Assembly: GCF_006345805.1 (NCBI RefSeq)
Contig: NC_042999.1
Coordinates: forward strand, 115,134,001-115,198,000
Reading direction: 5' to 3'
Length of the DNA: 64,000 bases
Source of the DNA: Octopus sinensis
Lineage: Eukaryota
Within the stretch, counting starts at the first letter, position 1, and the number at the start of each line of letters is the position of its first letter. Of the stretch, positions 24,601-38,898 are shown one piece after another. The notes under the pieces are model-generated. The model had not been told where the DNA came from and did not search any database. It saw only the letters and a program-made list of their open reading frames with translations. A program made the position numbers and the translations under genes.

Positions 24601-26517
24601 CATGCAATATATATTATATTTTTTTAATTCTTTTATGCATTTCATCCCAAAGGATGAGACCATGCTGGGGCACACCAACTATCATCATCTTTTCCATAGC
24701 CATTCTCATATGATTGACTTTTGAGGAAAAGGGAACTTGATATTGCTGCCCTCTTTTGAATTTCTTACTACAAAGGAGGTTCATCCGGAATCTTCAGCAG
24801 TAGAAGGTCAAGTTGCTTCTTGAAAACATGTACCCCATTCCATATAGATCTTTCGGATTTTTTGGCAAGATATTAAATTGTACTGTAACCTGTGTGGATG
24901 TTAAAGATTGCAAGATGACAGAAAATCAATTGGCTTGGGTGGCAGTGATGTACAATGAAAAAAATTCAGAGAGTTATTACCTCTACTGGAAAGAGCAGTG
25001 CTACATGGTAATGAGACATGAGGCCTGAATGCAAAGGCTGGAAAGAAATAAGGGGAACATATTTCACTAGATGTGTAATGTCATTGTACATGAGGGGTCA
25101 GGGAACTTTTTTAACCAATTACCCCAAAATATATTTATTTACACTGACGTTACCCCCATGATTTGAAAAGAAGAAAATCATAGATTCTTTGAATTTAAAA
25201 GGTTTATTGAATCTATATGAATCTATTCACACATTCATTACATTGGACAGATGCAGTGTTGCCAGAAGAAAAATTACTGTTGCAACAAGGAACACGTTTT
25301 TTATATAATTTTACTTATATCTAATGAGACCTCATTACCCAAGAATTTCATTTTTACCCACTTTGATGTAATTTACCCTGGTTCACTGACCCCTATTGTA
25401 TGTGAAGAATACAGTACAAATGACCAGAGAGTATAGCTGTGTATAGGAGGAATGTAATGTAGACTGCAAGAGAGAAAAAACTGCATTAGCATGGGCTTGT
25501 AATGCATATAGATGAAAACAGATGCATAGAAGATTGTTGAGCAATCAAGTAGAAAATGAAGGTCTAGAAAGGCATGGGATAACGCAATGAAACACAATCT
25601 CAACAAGCTGAGCCTCACAAAGGTGACATGCTGTAATGCAGAAAACCCAGTCTCTAAGGCAAACATGACAGAAGAACACTAAAGGGGAGAGTGCTGTTGC
25701 CTGGGATTCTGTCACCGCATTCACTCATCACTCCTACCCTGCCTCTCTCTCACAGTCCTCTTTTCACAACCTCTACATCCAGAATGTTTTTCTGATTTTA
25801 TCCTCTGCTCTTCCCCTCACCACCACCTCTGTGATACTCTCCTCCCTCTAGTCTCTCTTTATCTCACTGCTCACACCCCATTGACATCTATATCCCATCT
25901 CCATCTCTATGGTACTCATCCCTCATTCTTTCTCTTTCTGCTTTTGTATTAACCCACAGCTCCACTCTTACTTCTCTCTCACCATCCTCTCTCCACAGCT
26001 TCCCAGCCCAGGATGCTTTCTCTGCATTCATTCTCAGTTTTTCTACCCAACATCTATGATACCTCCCAGCTTCTCTTTCTCTCAAAACACTTTTATGCTA
26101 CCCTCCAGCCGCTAACTTGCTCTTACCATATTCTTTGTGTGGGACATTTTCTCTGCTTTCATATTCTACTCACTCCCAGCTCTCTCTCCCAGTTTGGGAT
26201 ACTTTTTCTGTATTCGTACTCTGTTTCTTATCATCTCTCTGGTAACTACCCACCCCTCTTTCCCTTACCACTCTCACTACATTCTCCTACTGCTCACCAC
26301 TTCTGCTTCTTTTTCTCTCCCTGTCTTCTCCCCACAGCTTTCTGACACCTTAGTGTCTACTCTGGCCTACCTTCACAACACCACACACTATACCCTTCTT
26401 CTTTCAATGATCTTCAGATTCCTCATCACTCTCACATTTATTTCTTTCATGTTCCCTTCCCCCATGCCTTCTCATACTCACCCTCATAATGAGTAATAGT
26501 TCTGGAACCCTCTGGAT

Positions 26518-26776
26518 CAGAAGTTCTCAACCACTGGGCTGTGGATCAGTTGGTGCCTGCTCACACAGAAAGAGTATATAGTTAAATTTTATTATTATTT
26601 CATTGACTATTGCAGTTTTCAGGGTGTTTTCAAATCATATATGAATTATATATGTAGAAACTAAACTATATATTATGTACTTTATTGTGTTTTGTTATGC
26701 ACATGACACAACAGTCTGTGGAAAAATTATCATACATAAAACTGGTCTGTGGCATAAGGAAGGTTGGGAGCCACTA
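26518..26776. mobile_element. Old hAT-like MITE
   Basis: Decayed TIRs cagaagttctcaacc and ggttgggagccacta. Confidence 0.55.
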
Positions 26777-27164
26777 ACATGATGCCCTGCTCTTTCTTAA
26801 TACTCCCTTCCCTCTTCTCTAGTCCCTTCCACTGAACCTCCCCAACACTGTCTTCCCTACCTCCCTCCTTCACACCAATAAATTCTCTCATCATCTTACC
26901 TCAAATCATTACTCTCTCTTTTCTGTTCTCCTACCAACTGTGGAACTCCCTTGGATGTGTCACAAAAAATGCACCCAGTACACCCTGTAAATTGGTTGGC
27001 ATTAGGAAGGACATCTAACCATAGAGATCGTGCCAATACAAAAATATTGGAGCACAACAGTCCTCCAACTCATTAGGTCCTGATTGGGTCCTGTCAAACA
27101 TTCCAGTCCAAGCAGACATAAAAGGATAATGATAACAATATATGCATGTATGTATGTATGTATG

Positions 27165-27196
<32 letters not shown>

Positions 27197-27840
27197 CATG
27201 CATGCATGCATAAATATATAACTAAATTTCTTTCAGACGCTCTGCCTCCATGTACATCAGAACGGCCATAATGATGTTATCCAACTTGTCAATTAGAGTA
27301 ACCAATCATGATAACAACATTGCTGTTCACTCTTATCATATGTTATCAATATCACTGCAATAGAGCCTCATTGAGACTGTCCTTTTGCTCATCTGACAGT
27401 TCTGATTGTACTGCATGTGCAGAGATAACTGTTGCCATCGTGAGTTATATAACTAGTCTAAGCTTAATTTTTCTGTCACAAACTTTGACTAATTATGCAA
27501 TTTTATACCTGCTTCCAACTCTAGCACTAATATCTATCCAAAGGAATTTATACCTGTTTTCTTACACTTAAGGATTACATCTGAGGCTTCCTTCCATCTT
27601 ACCTCTTGTACACAGCAAACAACTACACTATGCCACAGATCTACCTTTCATCTTCCCTAAAAAGATGGTGACAGCCTTGAAGTCTTTACCTGAGAAACTG
27701 AAGAATATTTCTAGCATGGTTCCAATTGTTTAATGCTTATTTTCTCTAACTGAAAGAGGAAGACAGTACAATATAATATGATATAATATATGTATGTATG
27801 CATGTGTGTGCATGTGTATATGTATATTTATATATATATA

Positions 27841-28055
27841 AGGCGGCAAGCTGGCAGAATCATTTGCACACCAGGTGAAATACTTAGCAGTATTTCATCT
27901 ACCACTATGTTCTGAGTTCAAATTCAGCTGAGGTCGACTTCATCCTTCATCCTTTTGGGGTCGATTAAATAAGTACCAGTTACGCACTGAGGGCAATGTA
28001 ATTGACTTAATCCCTTTGTCTTTGTTTGTCCCCTCTATGTTTAGCCCCTTGTGGG

Positions 28056-28058
<3 letters not shown>
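27841..28058 (+). mobile_element. Meta-core SINE in (TA)n
   Basis: aggcggcaagctggcagaatc head, gagttcaaattc, Meta core. Confidence 0.8.
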
Positions 28059-28092
<34 letters not shown>

Positions 28093-28613
28093 GATGATGA
28101 TGATGATGATCATCATCATCATCATCGTTGCCAGCAACATCATTTTAACATCCATGTTTTCATGCTTACGTGGGTCAGATAGAATTCATCAAGACAAATT
28201 TTCCACAGCCAGATGCCCTTCCAGTCACAAACCCTTAATTGTTTCCTAGTTTGGTAATATTTCCCCATGACCTGACATGTTTTCATGGAAGACTGGAAAT
28301 GAATGATTGACATTGCTTGAACAATAGTGACACTCGTTTACAAAGATCACATGCTGTCATTACAAGAAGGCAGAAACACACACACACGCACACTGCACAT
28401 GTTTATATATGTGTGTGTGTACACACACACACACACATACACGCACACATCACAGACAGACAGATAGATAGATACATGCGCGAGTTTCTTTCAGCTTCTA
28501 TCTACTAAATCCACTCACAAGGCTCTAATTGACCAGGGTCAATTGTAAAAGGCCCATATCACATGGTTAGGGAGCAAACTTCTTAACCACACTACACACA
28601 ACACAAACACACA

Positions 28614-28659
<46 letters not shown>

Positions 28660-29055
28660 CTCTACCAAACTTTGTCTGAGCTTATTATTACCTAAAGTAC
28701 AAGTGTATGAATTTATTCTCTTTTGGATGAGATAGTTAAGAAAAATGCTAGCAGTTTTCAATTAGTCTAAAATGTTCATTTATTAAGAAATGTTGCATCC
28801 AAGCGATTCTGAAGATATACAAGTTGAGCTTCAAAATTTATCAAAAATAACTTAAATAAGGATATGCAGAATTTAAAATAAAATCTGCATAGATTAGCAA
28901 CGCAATGTGCTGCAAAAGCCCTAATTTCCTACGTTATACTCATTAAAGTAATAGAGTAATGCACACATCTGTTGCCTATTGTCGAACTGCTAAGTTACGG
29001 GAGAGACTAACACACCAATACATACATATGTGTATACATACATACATACCTATAG

Positions 29056-29444
29056 GCATAGGAGTGGCTGTGTGGTACGTAGTTTGGTACGAACCACATG
29101 AATCCACATGAATCCGGGTTCAGTCCCACTGTGTGGCACCTTGGGCAAGTGTATTCTGCTATAGCCTCGGGCCGACCAAAGCTTTGTGAGTAGATTTGGT
29201 AGACGGAAACTGAAAGAAGCCCATCGTATATATGCATATATATATGTATGCTTGTGTGTCTGTGTTTGCCCCCCCCCCCCAACATCGCTTGATAACCGAT
29301 GCGGGTGCGTTTACGTCCCCGGCAAAAGACCGATAGAATAAGTACTAGGCTTACAAAGAATAAGACCAGGGGGCGATTTGCTCGACAAAAGGCGGTGCTC
29401 TAGCATGGCCACAGTCAAATGATGACTGAAAAGAGTAAAGAGTA
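29056..29444 (+). mobile_element. Second tRNA-derived SINE family, near full length. Other copies or fragments: 20065-20190+, 28470-28592-, 37100-37285-, 45345-45505+, 48147-48560+, 51395-51505-, 51608-51800-, 52035-52240+
   Basis: A-box-like gtggctgtgtgg, B-box-like gggttcagtccc, caccttgggcaagtg core, internal microsatellite, tail ..gctctagcatggccacagtcaaatga..gtaaagagta. Confidence 0.85.
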
Positions 29445-29594
29445 CATACATACATACCTACCTACCTACCTACCTACCTACCTACCTACCTACCTACATA
29501 CATACATACATACATACATACATACATACATACATACATACATACATACATACATACATACATACATACATACATACATACATACATACATACA

Positions 29595-29625
<31 letters not shown>
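29444..29625. repeat. (TACC)n(TACA)n tetranucleotide microsatellite
   Basis: Read directly from the sequence. Confidence 0.95.
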
Positions 29626-29626
<1 letters not shown>

Positions 29627-31137
29627 CACACACACCTTACTATATCATATGTTATATAAAACAGGGTTTGAGTTCATCTGCTAATTTTTGCGATGATGAT
29701 AAAGTCCCAGTTACAGAAAGTCTTAAGGTTTTCTATTTCCAGTTTGTATAACTGCAAGCTATCTTAAAAGTGTAAGCTTTCACTAGGATTATCGCTTAAC
29801 ACCCATACGCACGCACACAGGAAAAGAAAAGACATATATACATACAAACACACACACACATTTCCTACATGAAGGAACACAATACACAAACTAATATATT
29901 TTAATTTTTGTTTCTCAACCTTTCAACCTCAACATAAAAGCACATAGAGGCTCTTAAACGTCCATACATACACGCACGCGCGCATGCACGCACACATATT
30001 CACACACTCACTTTCTTTCTCTCAATTTATCTGTCTGTTTTCTTTCGCTATATCCCTTTCTTAATTTATTTATTTCTCTTATACTTTTATATCATTCTTT
30101 CTCACAAATTTTTTTAATACCTTTCTCCTACTTCACCCCATTATTTTGTCTTTCTGCTTCTCTCTCTCTCTCTCTCTTTCTTTTTTCTTTTTCCCCTCTC
30201 TCTTTCTGTTTTCCTTTTTAGCTCTGTTCCCTCTGTTCTTTACCTCTCCCTCTCTCCTTTTATCTCCCACGCTCATAAGAACAGACAAATTTTTTTTTTA
30301 AATTATAGACGACATGCAATTGTAACGTACACGCATGCACGCACCAGGCAAACAAAAATAAATACATAGATAGTCAACCATGTACACATGCAAATACACT
30401 CACATACACAGGGTAGAAAAAAAATATGCACACTTTCGTAATGAAATAAGACCATACATATACACACGCAAAGACAAAAAGCCTGCACTCAGTCACAATA
30501 CACAAAAAAATTCTACTCCCCCTCTCTCTCTTCCTCTCACTTTCTCGGCGCCTTTCTATTTTCTCTTACTCTCTATTATTATCTTCTTCACTCCCCCTCA
30601 TTATCTCCGATATTCATAGATCGTTTGCAGCTGGTGTGTTCCAGAAGAGTGGAGCAACAAACCTCTTTTGAAAAGGGGAGTCCGTACTTCTCCAATTCAC
30701 TGAGCTTATTCTCTGAGAAACTCTGTGATAATGGTTTCTTACGAGCGAAACTGCTTGGAGGTCGCTCTGCCTGTTAGAAAGAGCAGCCAAATCTTCTTCA
30801 AACCACACCCTATGGTCTTTTAAGGAACGTGTGAATACGTTGGATAAAGCTGTTCTGCTATATACTATTTCTGGTGAGAAAAAAAAGAAAGACAGTTATG
30901 GCGGGAAAGTCTTTGGTTGTAGGTCTGCTCTGCAACAACAGCACAACAGCTTTTCAAATCGGAACAACGCTGTATATTTGCAATCGATTTAAATCAACCT
31001 CAATGTATTACTGTTATTAATAGACTCCAATGAGAAAGTCTTTGTGCAGTCACTCGATCTGCTAGAAATAGACGCTAAATCTTTTCCATATTACTATTTA
31101 TTTTCTCAAAAAAAAAGTATACACGTATATATATATA

Positions 31138-31202
<65 letters not shown>

Positions 31203-31204
<2 letters not shown>

Positions 31205-31510
31205 GGCATACTAACACAAACGTGCTCCTACTTGGATTCCTCACAAATTTCAGAAGAATAGGTATTTTTAAATGAAATTTTCAACATGATTACGATTATA
31301 TTAGAATTGATGTTAGAAAGCAATTTCTAAGATTTCAAATTTCTTTTTATGTGTGTCAGCATGTGTGCGCACCTACCATTTTTTTTTAAAATTCCGATAT
31401 AATTCTAATCTACACCAAGTGAAAAGTATTTGTATAAAATTTCATTTGTAAATATCCATTTTTCTAAAAGTTATGAAGAAACAAATTCCGCACTTGTGTA
31501 GGTATGCCAA
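31203..31510. mobile_element. Old MITE-like inverted-repeat element
   Basis: ggcatactaacacaaacgtgc pairs imperfectly with gcacttgtgtaggtatgcc; internal aaatgaaatttt / aaaatttcattt symmetry. Confidence 0.55.
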
Positions 31511-31533
31511 TACAATCCCTACTCTAAAAAATG

Positions 31534-31953
31534 GGCAATCTTTCGTCTCTAGTAGACCTTTCCGTCGATTTCCGTAAAAAAAATTTTTTTTTTTTTACAT
31601 ATGGGCTTGCGGGAACTTTTGAAGTAATGAGAGCGAAAGAGACTAAGAGAAAGCGATTGTATAACGAGGGAAATTCTTTTGAAGTTACCGTGCATGTGAA
31701 GCATTGATGTACATGTGTGTGTGTGTTTGATGGGGTGTGGGAGACAGACAGTATGTTGTGTAAGTGAAGTGCTTCTGTTAGTGTGTGTGAAGAGACAGAG
31801 TAATGTGTGAAAGAAAGAGATAACTGAAATTTTTTACTCGGTGTATGTGTATATGTATGTATATTACTTCAAAAGTTCCCGCAAGCCCATATGTAAAAAA
31901 AAATTTTTTTTACGGAAATCGACGGAAAGGTCTACTAGAGACGAAAGATCGCC
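31534..31953. mobile_element. Young non-autonomous DNA transposon, Merlin-like
   Basis: ~90-bp near-perfect TIRs starting GGC(A/G)ATCTTTCGTCTCTAG; exact 8-bp TSD AAAAAATG (31526-31533 and 31954-31961). Confidence 0.85.
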
Positions 31954-32943
31954 AAAAAATGTAAAGGGTGGTCACAGCTGGAATACATTTGAACAAAGCT
32001 AACCTGGAGTTAGTACTTGATATTTTGTTCTATCGGAACCTGTGCGTTTAAAAGCAAAACTCCAGCGTGATTTGAACTCCGATGTAGAGGTTGTGCTTAA
32101 ATATCGCAGAAAGTAGTTGTAGTTTAGCCCCTTGACATCTCTCGCAGAGCAAGACCTGTGAACAAAGACATAAGACGGTTGTTTGATTTAAGGAAAATTT
32201 ATTTTCAAAGTTGAGTGACCCTGTACTGGTTCCACCGTTGGCTCTTACCGTGAGATGTTGCTACTGTCGTTTAGCATCGGTTCTAATAATCGAAAACATT
32301 AAAAGAAAAGTCAAAGTCACATTTTGTTATTAGTTTTACCCTCAGAACCAGAACACCACTGTTTGAAACTGTTCTGTAACACTACGCTATTGTTCACTAT
32401 TACACTGAAACACGACGCTATTGTTCACTATTGCGCTATAATACGATGCCTGAAATTTGGGAGAAGAGGTTAGTTGAATACATCGACCCCAGAATACATC
32501 GACCAACGTCACAATACGACGCTCTTGTTCACATCTGCGCTATAAAATAAATGTAAACAAATAAAGAAATATGACCCACAATGGTATACTCCCACATCTG
32601 GGATAGTGTTGCTACACATTCTAGATCGCATCCCCCAAATATTCGCCCGACAAATAGGCACGAAGTCGCTCACAGACATGGCACCTATTTATTTTAACGT
32701 AGGTTTACTTCTTTTTTTTTTTTACCCTGCATCCCTCTCGTGTTTATATTACGCGTTCTTTAAAATAAAAAGGAAAAACGTCTTCGGATTCTTGTTTTGA
32801 ACATCATGGTTTCAGAATCTGCCCAAAAAAATATATCAATTATTTTTAAAATTAATTATATTTTTTTTTTTAGCAGAAACTGATAAGATTAGAGTATTTA
32901 CATCTTCATTGCTTACACACACACACACACAGACACACACACA

Positions 32944-32993
<50 letters not shown>

Positions 32994-33167
32994 TACATAC
33001 ATACATACATACATACATACATACATACTTATAGTTTACATTTAGAATGTTAAAATGTATAAATATAATGTGACTTGCATCAGAAAACAGTTTCACTGCA
33101 AACTTAAAATCCGGTCCTTTCAGTTTCAATATATTAATTATTGAAAGGGAATTACAAAGACAAACTC

Positions 33168-33224
<57 letters not shown>

Positions 33225-35174
33225 CACACTAAGCAACGATGGTTAAATCAAAGTCTGCATGCATTAGTATTTGTACATTCGTATACACAAATGTGGAAAG
33301 ATTTTTGCAGCAGTAACTCGAAAGACAAATTATCTTTATTGACAAGATATTAAAACACACCGAATTGGGTCGTGAATGACGTCATCAGCCAGTAGGTCAA
33401 GTGTTTCTGCGTTGTTACGCTTCATCAGCTGCAGACACAGAATAGGTCGTTCATAACCCACCAAGAACTGCTGTCCTTACATGTCAACAGTAAACAATAA
33501 ATTTGCTGGCATATGCAAAACTCTGTCAAACTGGAATTATCTAATTAAAGATGAACTCGCCTCTCCTTTCGTCGCTTATATTGTGGCCGCACTAACCATC
33601 ATACTCGGTTATTCCTCCCAGAATTTCAATCCTCCCTATCCATGTTTTCCTGCAACCGTCAACTTTCAACAGGTCAAGAACACCGACCACAATTTCATTG
33701 CTCTCAGAGAACTTATTAAAGCTATGGGTACAGTACTATCTTCAGACTAAACCATAAAAAACAAATAACAAGCAGACTTATGGTTAAAGGCGTTCCAGTC
33801 GTGAACATGCCTTCTTTTTGTATATTGTTGTATACATTGGACAGTGAATCCTTTTATATTTAAGACAGTAGGCCGAGGTTTGAAGCAGAACTAGCTGCTC
33901 CGTTGGTTCGTACCGCAAGATGTTAATTACTCCATCAGCATATCGCTTCAACAAACTGCGCTGCCCTTATAATAAAGGCAGAATGTCACACATTTTTGAA
34001 AAGAAAGGTATATAATCGCTAATCGCTTATATTGACTTTAATGCTTGATTGGTACTTTATTTTATCGACCTCAGAAAAACATGAAGCGCGGCACAAAGAA
34101 GCCAGCGCCATTTTGAAACAGCGAGATCTCGCCTGCAACCATTATTTAAGGAAAAGACAACATTTTCCCTCTGTTCTTCTCACGTTGACGCCAGGAGCTC
34201 ACAGCGGACTTTTGTCCCGCTGTGATACCACATGCATTGTCTCCAGAGGTTATTGAACCTTAAGTGTATGGAAGAGAAGGCTAACTACGCACGGCTGTGA
34301 AGATGGTTACTGAAAGCAAACCCCTTGTACGAAACACCTGTGAATAAACGATTATTGAATTTACTCCGCCTGTGAACTTCATTCTTCGTATTTCCAACTC
34401 CTTGAATCAACAGAATAATTATAAAGGAATAAGATACCCCCAAATTATCATAAAAACCTTCCTTCCATTACAAACGAAAGCTCATCACAGGATTTTAACT
34501 CAGAATATTTCTTCATACTGCCGAGACATTTTGTCTATTGTTCAAACAATTCAGCTCTAATAATTATTTTCTTGTAGTTTATCTTGCGAGTCAGTCCTGA
34601 TTGAACAGATATATAGTGAAAGACGTTCCGCTCAAGACTATCTCATCTTTTTGTCCATTTAAAAGATATTTTTATTTATGCCATGCATTGAGACAGTGCA
34701 CTGGCAGAATCGTTACCGTTCTTGCTCTTAACGTTCTGAGTTCAAGTTCATCCTTCTGGAATTGATAAAATAAAGTACTAGATGAGCACTAGGAGCAATG
34801 TAATCGACTTTAATACCACTTCACTCGCTTAAATTGCTTATTTGGGCCAAAATTTGCCAGAATTTATACTATGCTTTTGTGAAAAACGGTGTAGTTGGTC
34901 AAAAATTCACTACGGGGACCACATTTTTTAATGGGTTCTTTTAATTCCTATTAAAGACGGTAGGGAAGGAAATATGATTGGTTATATGACACAAGTTGAC
35001 GAAGTCGAAGAGAAACATAAAACTAAATAAAATATTACTGATTTTAATTGCACCAGTTCTAAAAGAATGTCAGGCTAAAAGAAATTGAACTCAGAATGCA
35101 GAGAGTGAAATGAAACCTAAGATTTTAAGGCACTTGATCCCCGTGCAATAATTTCTACCATTTCATTACTTTAA

Positions 35175-35390
35175 TAATCCGTTCCACTATAGGCACAAGG
35201 CCTGAAATTTGGGGGAAGAGGTTAGTTGAATACATCGACCCCCAGTGCCTGACTGGTACTTAATTTATCGACTCCGAAATGATGAAAGGCAAAGTCGATC
35301 TCGGCGGAATTTGAACTCAACGTAAAGACTGATGAAATGCCGCTAAGCATTTTGCCCGATGTGCTAACGATTCTGCCAGCTCGCTGCCTT
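35175..35390 (-). mobile_element. Meta-core SINE
   Basis: Reverse complement of head, B box, Meta core and tail. Confidence 0.85.
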
Positions 35391-35521
35391 ATGCTACTTT
35401 AATAATAACGAGTGGAAATTTACCCAGGAACACTCGCTGCATGAAAACTGAATGGTAAACTGGGAACTAACTTTCTTGATGTAGACATCCAAGAAGTTTT
35501 AACTTAATATTACACCCTTAA

Positions 35522-36075
35522 AAGGCGGCGAGCTGGCAGAAACGTTAGCACGCCGGGCGAAATGCTTAGCGGTATTTCGTCTGCCGCTACGTTCTGAGTT
35601 CAAATTCCGTCGAGGTCGACTTTGCCTTTCATCCTTTCGGGGTCGATTAAATAAGTACCAGTTACGCACTGGGATCGATATAATCGACTTAATCCCTTTG
35701 TCTGTCCTTGTTTGTTCCATCTGTGTGTGCTCCCTTGTGGGCAATAAAGAAATAGGTATTTCGTCTGCAGTTACGTTCTGAGATCATATTCCGCCGAGGT
35801 CGACTTTGCCTTTCATCCTTTCGGGGTCGATTAAATGAGTACCAGTTACGCACTGAGGTCGATATAATCGACTTAATCCGTTTGTCTGTCCTTGTTTGTC
35901 TCATTCTGTGTTTAGCCCCTTGTGGGTAGTGAAGAAATAGGTATTTCGTCTGTCTTTACGTTCTGAGTTCAAATTCCGCCGAGGTCGACTTTGCCTTTCA
36001 TCCTTTCGGGGTCGATAAATTAAGTACCAGTTGCGTACTGGGATCGATCTAATCAACTAGAGTAGAAAAGAATAT
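35522..36075 (+). mobile_element. Trimeric Meta-core SINE, young
   Basis: One head plus units starting at 35572, 35756 and 35941; CpGs retained. Confidence 0.9.
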
Positions 36076-36369
36076 TACACCCTTAGTAATGAGAACAAAG
36101 CTTATCTATCGTTATTCACACTGATTTTGATAGATTGATTTTCTATAATGTAGATATTTGAAGATCCTAAGCTCGTTAATGTCATGTTATAAAGAGTACT
36201 GTATATAAGACTACTCTTTATCTTATCATATGTATTGAGAAATCTAGATAGTGAACTGAAAAAGTGGGGGAAAACACTGAAACCGTTAAGAAACGCAGGT
36301 ATAGAACTACGAGTTCCTAAGTAACTGTCAGAAATTTGAGTTGATGCTTTATCAATGATGATGATGATG

Positions 36370-36414
<45 letters not shown>

Positions 36415-36423
36415 TGTAGTTTG

Positions 36424-36479
<56 letters not shown>

Positions 36480-36548
36480 TTCATAAAAGATGATATCTCG
36501 GACCAACACTGCAGTAACTTGGCTTTCAACGACATTAAGTACAATATA

Positions 36549-36785
36549 TGGATGGCGTGTGGCCTAGTGGTTAGGCTGTCGTGGATTCAATTCCCAGACC
36601 AGGCGGCGCGTTGTGTTCTTGAGCAAAGCACTCATGTCCCACATCTCGATCAGGGGGTAAATGTTGGCCTGCTCGCCTATCTAGCAGGGTGACGTCATTC
36701 GAAGGCTAAACCAATGCGAAGCGCATTGTGACCAGCGATGTGTACCAGCATCTGATAGTCTGGTCGGTCAAGTGATCACGTGACA
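36549..36785 (+). mobile_element. Third tRNA-derived SINE family (related decayed copy at ~63600-63800)
   Basis: A box gtggcctagtgg, B-box-like gattcaattccc, gttgtgttcttgagcaaagcac core. Confidence 0.6.
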
Positions 36786-37794
36786 TGGATGGCTATTCTA
36801 ATTTAAGATTACTTCTATTGCGTATACCGGGCTTCCAGTTTCACTCACAAGAGTTGTTTCAATCTGAGGTCAGACTTAAAGATACTCGGCCAAGATGCCA
36901 TGCAATGATATCAAATCCAGTGCCATGCGATTATGTAGCGAACTTCTTAACCATTTGCCCATGCTGTGGTGACGGTGAAACATAGGCACAAACCGTTCAG
37001 TTTCTGGATAACTCGCTAAGTTATGGGGATGTAAATGAATCAACGGGTGACCAGTGGTGGATGAGCGACGGACAATTACATAGACGCCCGCAAACACACA
37101 CACACACACACACACACGCGATGGGCTCTCAAGCTGTTTCCGTCAAGCAAATCCACTCACATAGCATTGGCTGGCCCGGGTTTATAGTAGAAGACACGTG
37201 TCCAAGGTGTTGAACAGTAGGACTGAACCTGAAACTACATAATTGCGAAGCAAACTTCCTAACCATACAGTCATGCCTGCTCCATATGCATATTAAAAAA
37301 CAAAAAAAAACAAAAAAAACAAAACACATTAATAAATTATTCTGAGATATCATACACGTTAAACCTATAATTAAGTTAGTGTTAATTTACTTTATATTTC
37401 TACCCAATGAGAAATATGTGTTTAAAAAAAATTGATATTTCAATCTCTTCGACAATTACGGGAGACAACCTAAAACATGTTTTGGTCTTATTAGATCTCT
37501 TCACTGAATCATAGATTTCACCGTACTTGCTGAAGTAGCAATGAGAAACACTAACAGTATTATATTGTACATGACTAGGCGGGAAAAATTCACATATTTT
37601 AAAAACTAAGTAACTTAGTGTATATATTACTCATAGACACCATTCACACAATAAATAATAATAATGTTGGGTTTAGATATATTTAATGTATTATTATCAT
37701 GCATTGTTCCTAAACCACAAAACCAACATTCTGGCTTCCGATAGGAGTGTTCCAATAGTGAAAGTTGTAATAAAGATAAAAAATTATTATCATT

Positions 37795-38430
<636 letters not shown>

Positions 38431-38776
38431 TGTTGTTGATATCATAAGAAAAACCACAAACATACTGAACTATTCTGAAAGATTTGTATTTCCCTACAGC
38501 TTAAATGTTACGTCCTATAAATTAAATCAAACTTGGATGTTAATTGAAAAGAAAACGACCACAGCAACAACAACATTTTTGCTATCAAACCACTTCATTA
38601 TAATCACAATTTACTGTGAGAATAAATTTTTTGTTTGCTTTAATTTCGAAATTCTTTCTGAAATACAATTAATCAATTATACTTTCATTTCCCCTTTCAC
38701 TTCCCACCTCATAAAGTAAATTATATAGGACGTTCATTGCTTTTGTTTTCATATTCCTCGTTGTGTGTGCGTGAGT

Positions 38777-38808
38777 AGATAGACAGACAGATAGATAGAT
38801 AGGTAGAC

Positions 38809-38897
<89 letters not shown>
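38777..38897. repeat. (GATA)n microsatellite
   Basis: Read directly from the sequence. Confidence 0.95.

Positions 38898-38898
<1 letters not shown>

Noticed and set aside
30614-30870. Possible coding exon
   Set aside because: No convincing splice pair or homology; the 3' half is a dispersed repeat also seen near 31050, 53120 and 59077.
32380-32545. Three spaced copies of acgacgctattgttcac, CRISPR-like at a glance
   Set aside because: Eukaryotic context, irregular spacing, no cas genes; a simple local duplication.
35522-35610. tRNA gene
   Set aside because: A/B-box-like motifs but no full cloverleaf; this is a SINE head present in many copies.
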